64,000 bases of DNA, taken from assembly GCF_018350175.1 (NCBI RefSeq), contig NC_058368.1, positions 91,762,001 to 91,826,000 of the forward strand. The letters run 5' to 3'. Under the pieces are notes generated by a model. It saw nothing but the letters and a program-made list of their open reading frames with translations. It had not been told where the DNA came from and ran no database searches. Below are positions 61,565 through 64,000 of the stretch, piece after piece (the stretch's first letter is position 1; each line of letters begins with the position of its first letter). This DNA comes from Felis catus (Eukaryota). A program made the translations under genes and the position numbers.

Positions 61565-63109
61565 ATCTTCTCAGGAGAACTTTTAAGATCTCCTCTCTTA
61601 GCAGCTTTCAAATATACAATGCAATATTGTAAATTACAATCACCATTACATCCCCAGGACTTATTTATCTTCACTGGGACTTTGTACCTTTGATCCCTTT
61701 CACGCATTTCACCCACCCCCCAGAATAGTGTCATAAACACACTTTAACTGATGCAAACCCAGCTATGGCTTGGACAAAAGAACAAGCAAACAAAAAAGTC
61801 TAGATGGAGTTGCAAAAAAGAGAATTAATGCAAGCAGTGCCAGCAGATGCCCTCTGTGGGGAGGGATGAGAATGTGCAGCCCCCCCAGTAGGCATCAGCT
61901 CCTGAGAGCCCTGTGACTGACTGATCTTCTGAGTGAGGGCTGAAGTTTTCATACAGCTTATCCTCTAAGTGCAAACCAAAGAATCAAGAGACTAAATGCA
62001 AATGTTGCCTTATGCTCTAACTGTGTAACTGTGACACTGTGGGGACACTGCAGGAAAATCCTCATGCACGAGGGGAGCAGGAGAGCATTTCTTGGAGGGG
62101 GTGACCCAGAAGCTGTGTTGGGAGGAGTTGGAGGAAGAAGGAGGGAGCTTCCAGGCAGCAGGAGCTCTGTAAAGCAAGTTCTAAGGCATTGCTAGTGGCT
62201 GGGGGGTGGGGAGTGGGGTGGCGGAGGGGGGTGGGGGGGAATAAGGTGAGGCCAGGTTATGCAGGTTTTGATTGTTTTGATAAGGAATGTGAATTTTAGC
62301 CTTTGGTTAGGGATTTCCAAATCAGTCTCCCTGGGACAGATTCATGAGATGCTCCTGGCACAAAGGGTTCCACAGCTGGAGAGACCTTCCATGCAACTTC
62401 TCCTCCCCAAATCTCCACCTTGGATACTTGCAAAACGTATTATCATACTAAGGGCCCTGAGAGGTCCTGCAGCAAACACCTTTTTGGCTAATTACTGAGG
62501 GTTTCCATTAAACCATCCTGTAGCCTTTCTGTTCCAGGAGAAGCATAACTCAGGCAGTAGGGAACCACTGCAGGTTTCAGTGCAAGGGAGTGACAGGGTT
62601 GGATGCCCCTGACATGATGGAGGCAGGGAGTCTGCAAGGTGGCTGGTCAATGGCTAAGTCAGGACTTAGTAGCTCCAGGACGTCTGGGAAGGACCCAGCA
62701 AAATCACTAGATGGGGAAGGAATTGACCACAGAAAGCAGGAGAGACAAGTAAGACAACAGGCTGCCTCAGGGCTCTGCTGATATGCTGCATCCCAGAGCC
62801 TCCCTCCTCTCCATGCTGTCAGTGGTCATGATCCCCTGGGATGTTCTGAGTCCCGGAAAGGAGTAGTTGAGAAGGGCTCCTTCCTGCCAGCATGTGTTTA
62901 CCTTCGGTAAGTGCAGGTCCTGTGTTCCCTTGAAGGCTCCAGATGACACCGGCTTCCCACAGAGCACATCTTGCTTTTCATTACCTTCCAAGAAGAGGGA
63001 AAACAGATTAAAGCCAATACACCCCCAGACTACCCCGGCCCCTAAATTCTTAAACAGAGTGGAGGACTGGATCTCCCATGAGACCATCAACACTAACACT
63101 AAAAACACT

Positions 63110-63314
63110 TTTTTTTAAGTTTATTTATTTATTTTGAGAGAGACAGAGTGACCAGGGGAGGGGCAGAGAGAGGGAGAGAGAGAGAGAATCCCAAGCAGGC
63201 TCCGCACTATCAGCACAGAGCTCGATGCAGCACTTGAACTCACGAGACGTGAGATCATGACCTGAACTGAAACCAAGAGTTGGACACTTAACCGACTGAG
63301 CCACTCAGGCACCA
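63110..63314 (-). mobile_element. CanSINE
   Basis: Antisense SINE. Confidence 0.92.
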
Positions 63315-63929
63315 CAAGACTTCTTGCATCCTAATCAGACCTGCTTGCTGGCAGAAGGCTTACATTTCAGGAGTCTGTCTCTCAATAATTATCTGTAAAG
63401 CACATGAGACTCCTCCGAGGGCAGAGAACTGCGTTTTCAGGTGTAACTTACAGACACTTGTCACAGGCGGCCTCACAGGAAAACCATACAGAAAATGAGT
63501 TTGGTGGAAAGGCGCAGAGTACAGGTGCTGGTGTGGGCAGGCCCAGGGGACAGAGGGGCTTTCTGCATTGTTCTGCTTCCGCTGTTTTCTGTCCTCAGTC
63601 AGGCAGCTCTTGTCAATGCTGCTGTAGCTGTAAAGTCTCCCAAGAAGACCTCGCAGGCAGATGGCTTACAGCTCAGTATTTTCCATCCTGTTTTCTATAA
63701 GGCCACCAGGGCCCCTACAGACCCTCTTCCCTGCCCTGGATGTGGAAGCCTGGAGAGGGGCACTCAGCTGGGATGCCACGGTCCCACGCTGCCAGTGGGG
63801 AGAACTCAGACTCACTCCCTCATTCATTCATTCATTCATTCATTCATTCATACACTCATCCTGTGTTTATTGGGTGTGCTGTGTGGCCTGAACTTTGTAT
63901 TTGTGTTGGGGGTGAAAGATGAACAGGTG

Positions 63930-64000
63930 TGGGATGCCTGGCTGGCTCAGTTGGTTAAACATCTGACTTCGGCTCAGGTCATGATCTCACGGTCTGTGAG
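63930..64000 (+). mobile_element. CanSINE 5' part, truncated by the window end
   Basis: gggatgcctggctggctcagttggttaa...ggtcatgatctcacgg. Confidence 0.9.

Overview
This is mammalian nuclear DNA, almost certainly from a felid, judged by roughly 55 tRNA-derived carnivore SINEs (CanSINE/SINEC_Fc type). It is repeat-dense intergenic or intronic sequence containing decayed LINE-1 blocks, MIR/L2 relics, MaLR/ERVL solo LTRs, TcMar-Tigger and hAT MITEs, and microsatellites. I recognise no confident protein-coding gene, RNA gene or prokaryote-type system, and almost all ORFs in the track are SINE, L1 or microsatellite artefacts. The unexplained structure is of four kinds. (1) A weak minus-strand exon chain at about 34 kb, 14.9 kb and 1 kb, lying downstream of a tandem array of five perfect GC boxes at about 35.5 kb. 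(2) A local inverted duplication at 43.3-44.1 kb. (3) A cluster of repair/slippage scars in the 39-44 kb L1 block, including a TSD-flanked orphan insert and a templated AT-rich patchwork insert. (4) Multi-layer nested transposon insertions. Repeat family names come from recalled consensus motifs, and boundaries are approximate unless termini are quoted. I found no well-supported novel biological system.
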